From Gammaproteobacteria bacterium (GTDB lineage: Bacteria > Pseudomonadota > Gammaproteobacteria > Pseudomonadales > Azotimanducaceae), in assembly GCA_026707945.1 (NCBI GenBank), contig JAPOVV010000025.1, forward strand, positions 50,564-114,563: a stretch of 64,000 bases of DNA. The letters are read 5' to 3'. The notes below the pieces were generated by a model. It was not told the DNA's origin. It did no database searches and was given only the letters and a program-made list of their open reading frames with translations. Made by a program: the position numbers and the translations under genes. Positions 1-9,634 of the stretch are shown here, piece after piece. Numbering within the stretch: the stretch's first letter is position 1; each line of letters begins with the position of its first letter.

Positions 1-1
1 C

Positions 2-2173
2 GAGCTCGCTCATGAGGGTGGATTACCTTCCTACCCCCATCCACGCAGGCTAAGTCATTTTTGGACGATGCCAAGCGCAAGCATGGGACTGTCTACCCCT
101 AGCGGCATATATCAAGCGCGATTTATCAAGTATCTAGAGTCTCGCGGTCTTAAACGCAAAGACAATGGCAAAGTCTGGGTTTTTATCGGCGACGGCGAAT
201 CAGATGAACCCGAAGTTCTCGGCACCGTCAATATTGCGTCGCGCGAACATCTCGACAACCTTGTCCTGGTGATCAACTGCAATTTGCAGCGCCTTGATGG
301 TCCCGTACGAGGAAACGGCAAGATCATTCAAGAGCTAGAACGCCGTTTTCGGGGTGCGGATTGGCATGTCTTGAAGGTCATCTGGGGCGGCGGCTGGGAC
401 GCTCTACTCCAGCGTGATGTCGAGGGAATATTGCAGCAACGCATGGAGCAAGCCGTAGATGGTGACTATCAGATGTACACCGTCTCACCGGGCGATGTGG
501 TGCGAGAACATTGGGTCGAGAACACCCCACAGCTCATCGACTTGATGAAGACGTTGAGCGATGAAGAGATCACGACGATCAAGCGCGGCGGCCACGATCA
601 CCGCAAGATTTATGCGGCTTATGACCAAGCACGGCAAGTTGAAGGTAAGCCTTGCGTGATTCTGGTCAAAACCGTGAAGGGTGACGGGTTGGGTCCTGAT
701 GCGGCTGGGCACAACACAGTTCACCAAAAGAAGTTCCTTTCCCCAGACGAGCGAGCGGATTTAGCGAAGCGATTTGAGATTCCGTTAAGCGACGAGGACA
801 TACAAGCGGCGGCGTTCTATAAGCCTGCAGATGACAGTGAGGAGATTAAGTACCTCAAAAACAGACGAGAGCAACTAAGCGGCTATGTACCTGCCCGCCA
901 AGTGAATTGCCGTACGCTAGCCCCACCGTCATTGGATTTCTTTAGCGATATGCTCGAAGGATCAAATGGTCGCGCAGTGTCCACGACGATGAGCGTTGTA
1001 CGAATGCTGCAGCGCTTATTACGTCATAACGATCTCGGCAAGTACATCGTCCCAATCGTGCCTGATGAGGCGCGCACATTTGGAATGGATGGCTTATTTC
1101 CACAAGCGGGAATCTATGCCCCTGAAGGGCAGCATTACCGACCCGTTGATTTTGGGACGATCGCGCCGTATCGCGAGAAGGAAGACGGTCAGATCCTGCA
1201 AGAAGGAATCTGCGAAACCGGAGCTATGGCTTCGTTTTTAGCTGCCGGAACCGCCTACGCTAATCACGCACTACCGATGATTCCGTTCTACATCTTCTAT
1301 TCGATGTTCGGTTTCCAGCGGGTAGGCGACATGATTTGGGCCTGTGGCGACATGATGTGTCGTGGTTTCCTTTTAGGAGGTACTTCAGGTCGCACGACGC
1401 TAAATGGCGAGGGAGTACAACATCAAGACGGCCACTCTCATGTCATGGCTTCCACGGTACCGAACTTAATCAGCTATGACCCGGCTTTCGCTTACGAGAT
1501 CGCAGTGATCGTTCGTGAAGGTATCCGGCGGATGTATCAAGAAAACGAGTCAATCTTCTACTACATTACAGTGACGAACCAAAACTACCCGATGCCCACT
1601 ATTCCGCATGGGGTTGAGGAAGACATCATCCGGGGCATGTATGCGTATCGATATACAGAGAACGCCGACATCCACCTGCTCGGAAGTGGCGCGATCATGA
1701 TGGAAGTGTTGGACGCGGCCGAGCAACTTGAGGAACTTGGCAAGCGCGTCACAGTCTGGAGCGTTACGAGTTACGTCGAACTGTCACGCCAGGGAATCGA
1801 TGCAGAACGCGAGCGAATGCTCGCGGTTGATGACACCGCCGTTCGTCCTTTTGTAGAAGAAATATTTGAAAAGGAAGAAGGCAGTGTCATTGCGGCGACC
1901 GACTATCAAAAAAGTCTCCCGTTATCGATTGCGCGGTGGATAGAAAACGATTTCGTCGCATTAGGAACCGATGGATTCGGCCTGTCTGAATCGCGTGAAG
2001 CGCTTCGCGAGTATTTCGAAGTCTCCTCGTCGTGGATCGTATTCGCAGCCCTGTCCTCCCTTGCAAGGTGCAATCGCGAGACTGTGACAGTCGCACACGA
2101 CTACGCCAAAAGTAAGAGCCTCGACCTAACCAAACTGCCTCCAGCTAATGCGGGCGTGAACATGCCCAACTAG
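2..2173 (+). CDS. aceE: Pyruvate dehydrogenase E1 component (homodimeric AceE type), 5'-truncated by the window edge
   Basis: The frame of track ORF 68..2173 stays open back to nt 2 (ELAHEGGLPSYPHPRRLSHFWT-MPSASMGL...). It is colinear with E. coli AceE from the SSYPHP..FW.FPT.SMGLGP region to the C-terminus. Shared motifs include GDGE.DEPE, NCNLQRLDGPV.GNGKII and GGTSGRTTLNGEG.QH.DGHSH. Confidence 0.93.
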   Translation, partial: ELAHEGGLPSYPHPRRLSHFWTMPSASMGLSTPSGIYQARFIKYLESRGLKRKDNGKVWVFIGDGESDEPEVLGTVNIASREHLDNLVLVINCNLQRLDGPVRGNGKIIQELERRFRGADWHVLKVIWGGGWDALLQRDVEGILQQRMEQAVDGDYQMYTVSPGDVVREHWVENTPQLIDLMKTLSDEEITTIKRGGHDHRKIYAAYDQARQVEGKPCVILVKTVKGDGLGPDAAGHNTVHQKKFLSPDERADLAKRFEIPLSDEDIQAAAFYKPADDSEEIKYLKNRREQLSGYVPARQVNCRTLAPPSLDFFSDMLEGSNGRAVSTTMSVVRMLQRLLRHNDLGKYIVPIVPDEARTFGMDGLFPQAGIYAPEGQHYRPVDFGTIAPYREKEDGQILQEGICETGAMASFLAAGTAYANHALPMIPFYIFYSMFGFQRVGDMIWACGDMMCRGFLLGGTSGRTTLNGEGVQHQDGHSHVMASTVPNLISYDPAFAYEIAVIVREGIRRMYQENESIFYYITVTNQNYPMPTIPHGVEEDIIRGMYAYRYTENADIHLLGSGAIMMEVLDAAEQLEELGKRVTVWSVTSYVELSRQGIDAERERMLAVDDTAVRPFVEEIFEKEEGSVIAATDYQKSLPLSIARWIENDFVALGTDGFGLSESREALREYFEVSSSWIVFAALSSLARCNRETVTVAHDYAKSKSLDLTKLPPANAGVNMPN

Positions 2174-2175
2174 CG

Positions 2176-3501
2176 GTGGGTCTTTTCAGCCGCGTATTTG
2201 GTTCCGTCCAGCTTACGCCTGCGGCCCGTCGCAGCCTGAATCGAGAACAGATAACCGAACTTACGGTTCCTGTCGCGTTGGCGATGCTCGAAGGCGGATT
2301 TATTGGGGTGATTGCGGACAAAATCTACAACGTCCCGCCGTCGGTCATCGCGCTACTTACCGCCGCCCCCATGTTCGGCAATCTGTCGAGCTATCTCTGG
2401 AATGGCATTGCAAGCGCACGTTCGAAAGTGCCGATCGTCGTGTTGTTACAAACCCTCACGATGGTGTGTTTGCTTTTAGTTGCGTTCTCCCCACCCACTA
2501 CTACCGGCATCGTTTTTCTCTGTGCGGGTGTAGTACTCGCCCGCGTCTTTACCGCTGGTACGATCACCATCCGTAGCGTCGTATGGAGCCTTAATTACGT
2601 CCGAGAGGTGCGTGCGCGTACGACGGGGCGTCTTCAACTGATCACCAGCCTTGTCATGGTGATCACAACGATGGTAGGCGCGCCCATCCTGGATGGGAAC
2701 CCCACCAGTTTTCGAATCATGTACGTCGTCGCCACCATGATAGCGATGCTGGGCATTTTCTCGTTTTCGCGGATTGAAGTAATTGGCGAAATGCGCCATC
2801 GAGTCGCAGAGCGACGCGTTCGTCGGGTCGTTTCACGGGCATCGCGCGTCCCACTTGCGAGTTTTTGGCGGATCCTGCGAAGTGACCGTCATTTTGCTCG
2901 TTATGAGTTCTATCAGTTCCTAGGCGGCGTGTCCAACATGATGCTCGAAGCACCTCTCATCTACCTCGTGTCGCGCGAAATGAACGCGAGTTACACCGTC
3001 AGCATTGCGCTGAGCGTAATCATTCCACATGCCATCGGCACGATCACGTTACCGATGTGGGCTCGCTACCTCGATAAGGTGCACGTTGCCGAGTTCCGCT
3101 CGCGGATGAGCGTTTTCTGGGTGGTTTCGCAACTGATCATGTGGGTAGGCGCAATGTTGCATGGGCTCTGGTTGTTAGCAGTTGGGCGAGTCACCATGGG
3201 ATTTGCCCGCAGCGCTGGTACGTTGGCTTGGCAGCTTGGTCACAACGACTTCGCCAACGAACGAGATCTAGTTACTTACATGGGCATTCACGTTACCTTG
3301 ACAGGCTTGCGCGGCGCGTTCGCGCCGTTCATGGGGATCGCGCTCTATGTCGGATGGTCGGTGAGCTGGTTACCCGACTTTGCCGGAATCGGTTCACATG
3401 TGTTTCTGGTAGCCGCTGTCATCAGCGTTTGGTCCTGGCTCGGCTTTCGGTCACTCACACGAGACATAAATCCTGAGGACCATCAACAAGCGATCTCCTA
3501 A
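2176..3501 (+). CDS. Polytopic membrane transporter, MFS-like
   Basis: 441-aa ORF with hydrophobic helices spread along its whole length (about 12). The GTG start lies 2 nt after the aceE stop. I recognised no family-specific motif beyond the topology. Confidence 0.55.
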   Translation: MGLFSRVFGSVQLTPAARRSLNREQITELTVPVALAMLEGGFIGVIADKIYNVPPSVIALLTAAPMFGNLSSYLWNGIASARSKVPIVVLLQTLTMVCLLLVAFSPPTTTGIVFLCAGVVLARVFTAGTITIRSVVWSLNYVREVRARTTGRLQLITSLVMVITTMVGAPILDGNPTSFRIMYVVATMIAMLGIFSFSRIEVIGEMRHRVAERRVRRVVSRASRVPLASFWRILRSDRHFARYEFYQFLGGVSNMMLEAPLIYLVSREMNASYTVSIALSVIIPHAIGTITLPMWARYLDKVHVAEFRSRMSVFWVVSQLIMWVGAMLHGLWLLAVGRVTMGFARSAGTLAWQLGHNDFANERDLVTYMGIHVTLTGLRGAFAPFMGIALYVGWSVSWLPDFAGIGSHVFLVAAVISVWSWLGFRSLTRDINPEDHQQAIS

Positions 3502-3591
3502 TATGAGGTTATGTCCAGGCGCGCCAATCGCTTTTGTTCAGTTCCTGAGCAATAAACTTTCTGCCACAAAAACGTCGTGTAGAGGTCTACG

Positions 3592-4896
3592 TTGACACGT
3601 CGCGAGCGCGGTATTCATGAGTTGTTCGGGAGCGACCCTGAGCGTGCTGATTGGGAAACTTGGCATCGCGTTTCCAATCACAAATCTCGGCGCGGTTTTC
3701 TTTATGGTTTAGGCGCGATGGCGAGTGCGCTGGGCGCACAAATTGCGTTTTCGGAGTTCATGCCGCGAGGTTTGATCCCAGCGGTTTACGCGAATACAAA
3801 TGAACCGTTCGTAATCGAAGGTAAAGATGGTCTGATTTTGCTAAATGATCGCCCATTGAACGCCGAGACGGCACCACACCTGTTGAACGACGACGTCACG
3901 CCGACGAACAGACTGTTCATTCGAAATAACGGTATCCCTCCCGACGCAGCGGACGCGTCGAGCTGGACACTGAGTATTAGCGGCGAATCGGCTAGCACGC
4001 CTCGACAATACACGTTGCCCGAACTGAAGCAGAAATTTGAGCACATCTCTCGGCAAGTGACGCTTGAGTGTGGCGGCAACGGTCGAGCTGAATTTGATCC
4101 GCCTGTTAGCGGCAATCAATGGACGCTTGGCGCCGTCGGATGTCCAGTTTGGAATGGCATGCATTTGCGAGACCTTCTGTTGGACATCGGCATAGAAGAC
4201 AATGCCGTCTTCGTCGCATATCACGGCAAAGATCGACACGCGAGTGGTGATCCAACCCGCGAAGCGATTTCGCGTGGTGTAAATGTCTCTACGGCTATGG
4301 ACCCTGATTCAATGTTGGTGTGGGGCATGAATGGAACCGACCTGCATCCAATGAACGGCCACCCGCTAAGGTTGATTTTCGGTGGACAACCCGGTTCTAC
4401 ATCGGGGAAGTGGTTGGTCGGACTATCAATACGCGATCGAATCCACGACGGCGCCAAAATGGCTCCCCCCGCGTACCACATACCTTGTGAACCTGTCGTA
4501 CGAGGTAGTCAGGTTTCCAACAATGACATGTGCATGCTTGATTCGATGCCCGTCAAATCTCTGATTACGAGCCCTGCATCCGGAGTTGTGCATCAATCGA
4601 ACCAGCGACTACCCATACATGGCCATGCTTGGACCAACGCAGATCACGTAAAGTCAGTGCAACTATCTATCGATTACGGCGCAACTTGGTCTCCTGCAGA
4701 ATTGCAGTCGCCGGTGAATCGGTTCGCATGGCAACACTTCGACTATTCACTCACGTTCCCAACGCGCGGTTACTTTGAAGTCTGGGCTCGCGCAATTGAC
4801 TCAAATGGTGAATCGCAACCCATGCTCTTGCCTGGCTGGAACCCTAAGGGCTACGGTAACAACGCTTGTCACCGCATCGCCGTGCATGTGGTCTAG
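3592..4896 (+). CDS. Sulfite-oxidase-family molybdopterin oxidoreductase (SorA-like), Tat-exported
   Basis: TTG start with AGAGG 6 nt upstream. Twin-arginine signal SRRGFLYGLGAMASALGA. Moco-domain Cys motif LECGGNGR. C-terminal Ig-like dimerisation region typical of SorA/SUOX enzymes. Confidence 0.8.
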   Translation: MTRRERGIHELFGSDPERADWETWHRVSNHKSRRGFLYGLGAMASALGAQIAFSEFMPRGLIPAVYANTNEPFVIEGKDGLILLNDRPLNAETAPHLLNDDVTPTNRLFIRNNGIPPDAADASSWTLSISGESASTPRQYTLPELKQKFEHISRQVTLECGGNGRAEFDPPVSGNQWTLGAVGCPVWNGMHLRDLLLDIGIEDNAVFVAYHGKDRHASGDPTREAISRGVNVSTAMDPDSMLVWGMNGTDLHPMNGHPLRLIFGGQPGSTSGKWLVGLSIRDRIHDGAKMAPPAYHIPCEPVVRGSQVSNNDMCMLDSMPVKSLITSPASGVVHQSNQRLPIHGHAWTNADHVKSVQLSIDYGATWSPAELQSPVNRFAWQHFDYSLTFPTRGYFEVWARAIDSNGESQPMLLPGWNPKGYGNNACHRIAVHVV

Positions 4897-5254
4897 AACG
4901 CCTTTCATCGTCTTGATCTGTATCGCGCTAGTCGCGTCAGGTGATCAAGCTGATCAAATCAAATCGATCGACCCTGTACTTATCGAAGATTCGGACGGCA
5001 GTTGGAAGTTGGTCCGAGCGCATTGCACGTCGTGCCACTCCAGTCAGATTCTTAAGAATCTTCGTTTGTCAAGCGCCGCGTGGCAAGACGTCATCAAGCG
5101 CATGCAAGAAGAGGAAGGACTATGGGATCTAGGCGACGACGAAACAAAGATCGTTGTGTACTTGGCGACTTACTTCGGTCCGGCACCTGCTACAAGTCAG
5201 CGTCGCAGTCGACGAGCACCGCTCACTCCAAGTAACCTGTCGCCTCAAAACTAA
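4886..5254 (+). CDS. Monohaem c-type cytochrome, probable electron acceptor of the SorA-like enzyme
   Basis: In-frame ATG 4886 overlaps the upstream stop (4894-4896). Signal-like MWSRTPFIVLICIALVASG. Single CXXCH motif (CTSCH) and a downstream Met (KRMQ). The track start at 4775 lies inside the upstream gene. Confidence 0.7.
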   Translation: MWSRTPFIVLICIALVASGDQADQIKSIDPVLIEDSDGSWKLVRAHCTSCHSSQILKNLRLSSAAWQDVIKRMQEEEGLWDLGDDETKIVVYLATYFGPAPATSQRRSRRAPLTPSNLSPQN

Positions 5255-5286
5255 ATCGGAACATATAACGTGCATCGACGGAGCGG

Positions 5287-6357
5287 TTAGGCACGTACAC
5301 CATCGAATGTCGCATACACGCCTTCTCGAATATCTAGCTGACCTCTGAGTAAAGACCCTTCGACCATCCCGGTCATGATGAAGAAGTTTCCCGCGATCAT
5401 GACCCGGCCAAACACTGCCGAGCCGTCTTTGATGAAGTCTTGTATTGGCATACGCGTTTCATCAAGGTGGACTTCACCTTCGATTGCACTTTCTGATTCA
5501 CGAAATGTCGTAAACCACTCCTGTTCTCCATACATCGTCCGAGCGCGGATATGCCATGTCCCGAAGACATCGCCATCTTCTGCTACCGTAGTAAATGGCG
5601 AGTAGTCGTCCAAAAGAACCCAACACGCCGGTGGCACGATATGCTCGAGCATTGCCGCGTAAATCTCGCCGTGTGGCGTTTGCGTAATCGTTCGCACGAT
5701 CGTACCGTCGTCGTCACAATCTCTAGCTTGCTGAATCAAGCCGCGGAAGCTCTTAACGTACTCTGAAGACGTCTGCATGCGTTCCGCGGTCCCATAAAAA
5801 ATGTCGGATTGAGTGAGCCCTGCCGCTGCGAAGCCTTCGCCTTGATCCGTCAATAGGCCTGGGAATATCTCGTATTGACCGTGCTGGTGGTTCATCCAGT
5901 ATTCGACCATCTCATCGTCGCTGACAATGTGTTCGCCTTGATCCGTTTTCAGTGATCGAACGAGGAGCCCTGCCAAATTACCCGTTTGTCTCCGAACGTT
6001 TTCCGCAATTTGAAAGAACGCGTTTTGGCGTGCACGTAGCTCCGTAGCAGCAAGGACTTCGGTCTGTTTCTCGGAATTGAGATTCGTTTGCTTCAGCGCC
6101 TCTGTGTTGGACGCGAGTTCCCGCTGCTGGATGAATAGCCCAATCACCAACCAGAGAAACGCAAGCGGCGCGAAAAAACCTTCTAAGAAACCGCCAATTG
6201 CATCCGCGCCTTCATCAACGAAAGACATCCATCCGTCAAGGAAAACGATGTACACAATGCCGCCAACCAGCCACACGGTTGTTAGAACAACCCCCAAACC
6301 GAGCAACCAATTACGGTCGGGCAACTTCGTTTTTGAACTGTTTTCTTCGTCGCTCAA
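5287..6357 (-). CDS. Hypothetical membrane protein (2 N-terminal TM helices plus a soluble C-terminal domain)
   Basis: 356-aa ORF. Hydrophobic helices LLGLGVVLTTVWLVGGIVYIVFL and FFAPLAFLWLVIGLFI, then a helical/charged linker and a C-terminal domain of about 230 aa. No family recognised. Confidence 0.55.
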   Translation of the reverse strand: MSDEENSSKTKLPDRNWLLGLGVVLTTVWLVGGIVYIVFLDGWMSFVDEGADAIGGFLEGFFAPLAFLWLVIGLFIQQRELASNTEALKQTNLNSEKQTEVLAATELRARQNAFFQIAENVRRQTGNLAGLLVRSLKTDQGEHIVSDDEMVEYWMNHQHGQYEIFPGLLTDQGEGFAAAGLTQSDIFYGTAERMQTSSEYVKSFRGLIQQARDCDDDGTIVRTITQTPHGEIYAAMLEHIVPPACWVLLDDYSPFTTVAEDGDVFGTWHIRARTMYGEQEWFTTFRESESAIEGEVHLDETRMPIQDFIKDGSAVFGRVMIAGNFFIMTGMVEGSLLRGQLDIREGVYATFDGVRA

Positions 6358-6410
6358 GTCTTCAACTCAACCATATTCACGGCAGTGAGAGCGCACTCAC
6401 ATAGGTCGTA

Positions 6411-7295
6411 CTAGGTTCTTGGTCTCGGCGGCCGTCGTTCCCGAGGTTTCGCACCGGTCATGTCCATGAGCTGATCGATGTGCGGTACTAAGTCCTCGTA
6501 CGTCGCTCCTGCTCCCAAAGAGACCCCCGGATTCACGACGATCTCGCTTCGTGAATAGTTGCCAGCGCTTGCGTGAATCACGCAACCGTTCGGTGCCGCT
6601 TCGCTGCACATAAATAGGACGGCCGGACTGACGAGAGCCGGATGACGATTAGGGTCAGGATCCGAGATGTCTTCGTCTCGGCCCGGTACGGTATTTGTCA
6701 TACGCGTTGCAGCGCCTGGTCCCAAGCAGTTCACATGGACGTTTCGCGGACCGCCTTCTAGAGCGAGTACGTTAGCTAGCCCCAACATGCCCATCTTCGC
6801 TGCACCGTAGTTCGACTGGCCATAGTTACCGAAAATACCGGAACCAGAGCTTGTGAATACGATCCGGCCGTACCGCTGGTCATACATATGAGGCCACGCC
6901 GCGTGCGTTACGTATGCCGTACCCGTCAAGTGCACTTGCATGACCAAATCAAAGTCATCAAGCGTTACCTTCTTAAAGGTCTTGTCACGAAGAATTCCGG
7001 CGTTGTTCACCAAGATATCGATGCGACCGAAGTGAGAGATGGCATCGTCGATGATGCTCTTCGCGCCATCCCGATCGGCGACAGACGCTTTATTCGCAAC
7101 GGCTTCGCCGCCTAGTTCTTCAATCTCAGCGACCACTTGATCGGCCATATCGCCTTGGCCATCACCCGACACGCTACCTCCGAGATCGTTGACAACGACC
7201 TTAGCGCCGCGTTTTGCAAATTCAATGGCATGACAACGACCAATCCCGCCGCCCGCACCAGTAACAACCGCGACTTTGCCTTCAAATTCCGACAT
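6411..7295 (-). CDS. Short-chain dehydrogenase/reductase, MFE-2/3-hydroxyacyl-CoA dehydrogenase-like
   Basis: TGAGGGIG Rossmann motif, NNAG, and catalytic S...YGAAK (Y-x-x-x-K). Confidence 0.88.
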   Translation of the reverse strand: MSEFEGKVAVVTGAGGGIGRCHAIEFAKRGAKVVVNDLGGSVSGDGQGDMADQVVAEIEELGGEAVANKASVADRDGAKSIIDDAISHFGRIDILVNNAGILRDKTFKKVTLDDFDLVMQVHLTGTAYVTHAAWPHMYDQRYGRIVFTSSGSGIFGNYGQSNYGAAKMGMLGLANVLALEGGPRNVHVNCLGPGAATRMTNTVPGRDEDISDPDPNRHPALVSPAVLFMCSEAAPNGCVIHASAGNYSRSEIVVNPGVSLGAGATYEDLVPHIDQLMDMTGAKPRERRPPRPRT

Positions 7296-7406
7296 CCTTA
7301 ACTCCTGATTTGAACTCTTTTATGTTAATCGCACGAGGTGCGCACGAAATCTGCCACATTCTTGAGGCGTATCGTTGCCAGCTAGTCGCTAGAAAAAGAT
7401 TCCACC

Positions 7407-8234
7407 ATGACTAGCATCTTGATTCTGCACCCGGGCGAAATGGGTTCGTCCCTCGGTGCTTGTCTTCGCTGTAATGAACATCAGGTCGGTTGGGTTTCTC
7501 ACTCCCGTTCAGCGGCTACGCGTGAACGAGCGGAAGCGGACGATTTTTACGAATATCCCAGCCTCGATCGTGCGCTACCGATCGTTGATGTCGTTCTATC
7601 CATCTGTCCTCCTGAATACGCAGAGGCGATCGCAAATTCTGTAGTCGCATTGAATTTTCACGGCATCTACATCGATGCGAACGCTACATCTCCCATGACA
7701 GCAGAACGTGTCGCGGCGTTGGTTGGTGAGAACTATGTGGACGGGAGCATCATCGGACCTCCCGCACGACGCGATGGTGCAACGCGCATGTACCTGTCCG
7801 GTTCGAAGGCTTCGTTTGTTCGAGATCTCTTTGACGGTACGTTTGCTGCGCCAACGGATCTCGGTCCCAGTGTGTCTGCAGCATCCGCGCTGAAGATGTG
7901 CTACGCAGCCTACACCAAAGGAACGTCCGCGCTATTGGTCAACATACGTGCTCTTGCCGAGGCTAACGCAGTCACTGACGCCTTGTTAGCCGAATGGGCG
8001 ATATCACAACCTGATTTGCACGCGCGAAGCGAGCGAACGGGACCCTCCGTAAGTCGCAAAGCGTGGCGATTCGCTGCCGAGATGAGGGAGATCTCAAGTA
8101 CGTTCGCTGCAAAAGGACTACCTAGTGGCTTCCATGAAGGCGCCGCACAGATCTACGAGCGCCTTTCCGACTTTAAAGATCAGCCACCTGCAACCACAAT
8201 AGACCTCGTGTCGACATTGTTAAAGCAGGATTGA
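7407..8234 (+). CDS. NAD(P)-binding oxidoreductase, 6PGDH-NAD-binding/DUF1932-like
   Basis: N-terminal Rossmann-like ILILHPGEMGSSLG. C-terminal helical domain (SAASALKMCYAAYTKGTSALL) resembling DUF1932 proteins. Confidence 0.6.
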   Translation: MTSILILHPGEMGSSLGACLRCNEHQVGWVSHSRSAATRERAEADDFYEYPSLDRALPIVDVVLSICPPEYAEAIANSVVALNFHGIYIDANATSPMTAERVAALVGENYVDGSIIGPPARRDGATRMYLSGSKASFVRDLFDGTFAAPTDLGPSVSAASALKMCYAAYTKGTSALLVNIRALAEANAVTDALLAEWAISQPDLHARSERTGPSVSRKAWRFAAEMREISSTFAAKGLPSGFHEGAAQIYERLSDFKDQPPATTIDLVSTLLKQD

Positions 8235-8235
8235 T

Positions 8236-9534
8236 CTATTCATAGACAAGCGCACTTCGAACGGTGCGATGCAGATCTCGAGATAAGGGTACGCCACCTC
8301 CCATGCGTTGGATCATGCCGACCACAATGAGGTCTTCAACTGGGTCGATCCAAAACACGGTCCCTGCAGCGCCGCCCCAGTTGTACTCGCCTTTTGAACG
8401 CTGTGCCGTTGATTCGCCGGTATTCACACCGAATCCCAAGCCAAATCCAAAACTGCGAGCAGCGGGTCCCAACATAGCACCCGGGTCCTGGCCAGTTCTG
8501 GCTTCTGCATCAATCGCTTCATCCAGATGATTGCGCCGCATCTCTTCTACCGTTTCAGATTTAAGGATGCGTACGCCATTGAGTTCCCCTCCGTTAGCCA
8601 CAGCTCTAGCAAACGTCATGTAGTCGTGCGCGGTAGATACGAGACCGCCACCGCCAGAAAAGAACGTTGGGTTTCGATATGAATCAAATGCCCCTTGACC
8701 AGACTGAATGAGATGGTTCATCGACCGACTCCAATTGTGGTTCGGTAGAAACCGTTCAAATTTCTCTTCCGGAACGCCGAAGAACGTGTCTTCCATCCCC
8801 AACGGATCGAAGATGCTCTCTTCTAGATACACGTCAAATGTTTTGCCGCTCAGACGCTCGATCAACAAACCTTGAAGATCGACCGCAATGCTATAGTGCC
8901 ACCGCGTTCCAGGCTCATATCGGAGCGGGATCTCCGCAACTTTCTGCACAAACTCTTCTAAATCCTTGGCTTGCATCGCCTCGCGGGTGAGCTGATCAAC
9001 GGAATGCCCAGTGAACACATATCCAAAACCCGCTGTATGAGTCAGCAAATTTCGAATCGTAATAGGACGTTCAGGGGTCGTTGCGTCGCCTTCGTCATTG
9101 TGAACTTTCAAATTTGCAAGTTCTGGAATGTATTTGTCGAGGCGGTCGTCTAGTTCAAACTTCCCTTGCTCGTGTAGTTGCATCAATGCAACGCCCGTGA
9201 TCGGTTTTGTCATCGAGTAAATTCGAAACAAATCGTCTTCCTTAACCGGTCGCTCGTCTTCGGTGCCTCGATTTCCAACTGCTTTCGTGTAAACGACATC
9301 GTTTCGATATGCAACAGACACTACGACGCCGGCGACACGTCCTTCCTCAACGTATTCCGACATCATTTCATCGACGGCGGACAATGCCTCCTTATCGATA
9401 GCGATACTGGTCTTGCCATGCCAGGTCGGTTCTGCAGAGGTCCCCTCTCCGTTGTCCGCAGGTTGAGCGAAGAAAGTGAAACTCGCGTAGATCAACCCAA
9501 TACACGTGAGCCAACGAATTGCCGTTTTGTTCAT
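8236..9534 (-). CDS. Serine hydrolase, beta-lactamase (class C)/esterase fold, exported
   Basis: N-terminal signal peptide. SxxK active-site motif (YSMTKPITG). Length and layout match the beta-lactamase family. Confidence 0.85.
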   Translation of the reverse strand: MNKTAIRWLTCIGLIYASFTFFAQPADNGEGTSAEPTWHGKTSIAIDKEALSAVDEMMSEYVEEGRVAGVVVSVAYRNDVVYTKAVGNRGTEDERPVKEDDLFRIYSMTKPITGVALMQLHEQGKFELDDRLDKYIPELANLKVHNDEGDATTPERPITIRNLLTHTAGFGYVFTGHSVDQLTREAMQAKDLEEFVQKVAEIPLRYEPGTRWHYSIAVDLQGLLIERLSGKTFDVYLEESIFDPLGMEDTFFGVPEEKFERFLPNHNWSRSMNHLIQSGQGAFDSYRNPTFFSGGGGLVSTAHDYMTFARAVANGGELNGVRILKSETVEEMRRNHLDEAIDAEARTGQDPGAMLGPAARSFGFGLGFGVNTGESTAQRSKGEYNWGGAAGTVFWIDPVEDLIVVGMIQRMGGGVPLSRDLHRTVRSALVYE

Positions 9535-9634
9535 ATCGAATCCACTCGCGATGACAGCTAGAATTGCCGAATTAAACGTATGCCAAGTCGCTACTTTGCT
9601 TAGTAAGTACGAGTGACGGCGTTTCCTGTTTCGG

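Noticed and set aside
4775-4885. N-terminal extensions of three track ORFs: 4775..5254 here, and likewise 10482..10616 and 40883..41077
   Set aside because: These segments overlap the 3' ends of well-supported upstream genes (sorA-like, bioB, ubiA) in another frame. Recognisable protein similarity begins only at the internal starts 4886, 10617 and 41078.
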